From Octopus vulgaris (lineage: Eukaryota): a stretch of DNA of 64,000 bases. A model generated the notes under the pieces. It saw only the letters and a program-made list of their open reading frames with translations, was not told the origin of the DNA and made no database searches. Of this stretch, positions 62,360-64,000 are shown piece after piece. Where the stretch lies: assembly GCA_951406725.2 (NCBI GenBank), contig OX597824.1:33046001-33110000 (forward strand), written 5' to 3'. Both the position numbers and the translations under genes were made by a program. Each line of letters opens with the position of its first letter. The first letter of the stretch is position 1.

Positions 62360-63019
62360 TTATTTATTTAGTGCATTTTCAGCCCCTTCCTGTTATTCTT
62401 TTTTTATACACTTACACACACACACACACATATCACCCCTCCAAACACACATGAAACCCCATCAAAAATGAGAAAAAAGCCCTTTTCATCTGCTGCCCTC
62501 CTTCCCTTTTTAACTTCCCAGTTTTGCAGCCCCTTCTGTAAGGGTGGTGAAATTTTTTGTGTTGCCATTGCCAGTCAGCAGCAATGAGGAGGGGCGCTGA
62601 GAAGATATATCTGAGTCCATGAAAAATAGCTGATATAAATAGATTAGTAGATTAAGCTACACCCATTTTGAAAAAGTCATCTAAGGTACAAGAATACCTT
62701 ATTTAGCCTTTGCTGTGTTTCAGATTTACTTGCTGTCCTATAAACAGAGAAAAAGACCCCAGCAAACTTATTAAGAGTTGTAAACAGCTTGCTAAATTAA
62801 GAAAAAAAAAAAAAATTATGAATTATAAGCACAGGTGTGAATGTGTGGCTAAGATGTTTGCTTCCCAACCATGTGGTTTCAGGTTCAGTCCCACTGTATG
62901 GTGCCTAGGGCAATCACCTTCTGCTATAGCTCTAGGCTGACCAAAGCCTTGTGAATGGATTTGGTAGAGAGAAACTGTAAAAAACCTATTGTATGTATGT
63001 ATATGTGTGTGTATATATA

Positions 63020-63052
<33 letters not shown>

Positions 63053-63185
63053 ATGTATGTATGTATGTATATGTAACTATTTTTTCCGTGTTAATTGTTA
63101 ACAAGGGAAAAATACACACATCTGTTTATATATATATATATATGTGTGTCTTTGGTTAGTGTTTCCCCCCACCATCACCAACACC

Positions 63186-63402
63186 TATTTCTTTACTACC
63201 CACAAGGGGCTAAACATAGAGAGGACAGACAAACAGATTAAGTCGATTACATCGACCCCAGTGCGTAACTGGTACTTATTTAATCGACCCCGAAAGGATG
63301 AAAGGCAAAGTCGACCTCGGCGGAGTTTGAACTCAGAACGTAACGGCAGACGAAATATGGCTACGCATTTCGCCAGGCGTGCTAACGGTTCTGCCAACTC
63401 AC
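63186..63402 (-). mobile_element. SINE family B with about 16-bp TSD
   Basis: CACCATCACCAACACC at about 63170 and CACCCTCACCAACACC at about 63403. Confidence 0.85.
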
Positions 63403-64000
63403 CACCCTCACCAACACCACTTAACAACCAGTGTTGTTAGTTGTTTGTTCATGTTTCCATAACTTATCAGTTTAGTATAATAAGTACCAGATTTGAAAAA
63501 AAAACAAAAAAAAAACACTGAAGTAGATTTGTTCAACTAAAGGCAGTGCTCCAGCATGGCCACAGCCAAGTGATTGAAACAAAAGATAATAAAAGACAAA
63601 AGATTAAGTTAGTGTTAAGAACATATCCAAAATTTCTTGCATAAAATTATTATGTGGGTGGGGCTAAATTTAAATCAGACCATTTTAGAACAGGCAGAAA
63701 CTTTTGTGTTGAAGATTCTAAGATGACCTTAGGCGGATTAGTATTAAAAGGGATTAACTCTTTTGTTACCAACCAGCCTGAGACCACCTCTGGTTCTATG
63801 AAATAAACTTCCTTTTTTAATCATTTAGCATCAAGATTAGTCTGTCAAATGTAATACTTTTTTTTTTACATTGTTTTTAATTAATCATACATTAACTCAT
63901 AGCTTCAAGATTTCAAAGATTTTATTGTTTATTTTTAGAATGACATTGTTGGGTAGGTGTAAGAGGTCAGATCTGGCCAGTAAGAACATAAAATAGGTAG

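Overview
AT-rich, repeat-dense eukaryotic DNA, not prokaryotic. The SINE/LINE repertoire and (TA)n/(CA)n/(GAT)n microsatellites most resemble an octopus genome; this is recognition from memory and needs a BLAST check. No intact host protein-coding gene is supported. Nearly all listed ORFs are microsatellite or SINE artefacts or decayed transposon frames. The window holds fragments of RTE, CR1/L2-type and CRE-type LINEs, several tRNA-derived SINE families, mariner and maT (DD37D) relics, piggyBac-, hAT- and Merlin-like MITEs, Helitron pieces, a probable solo LTR and Penelope-like fold-backs carrying minimal hammerhead motifs. Two CpG-retaining domains (about 32.3-37.8 kb and 47.9-50.3 kb) interrupt CpG-depleted DNA. 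Each contains a minus-strand ATG micro-ORF ending at a GTAAGT donor in phase 2. A polypyrimidine-TAG|GTAAGT motif lies on the same strand at 4851/4852. Together these suggest, by inference only, the 5' giant introns of a minus-strand gene with alternative promoters and possibly recursive splicing. Coordinates of decayed elements are approximate.
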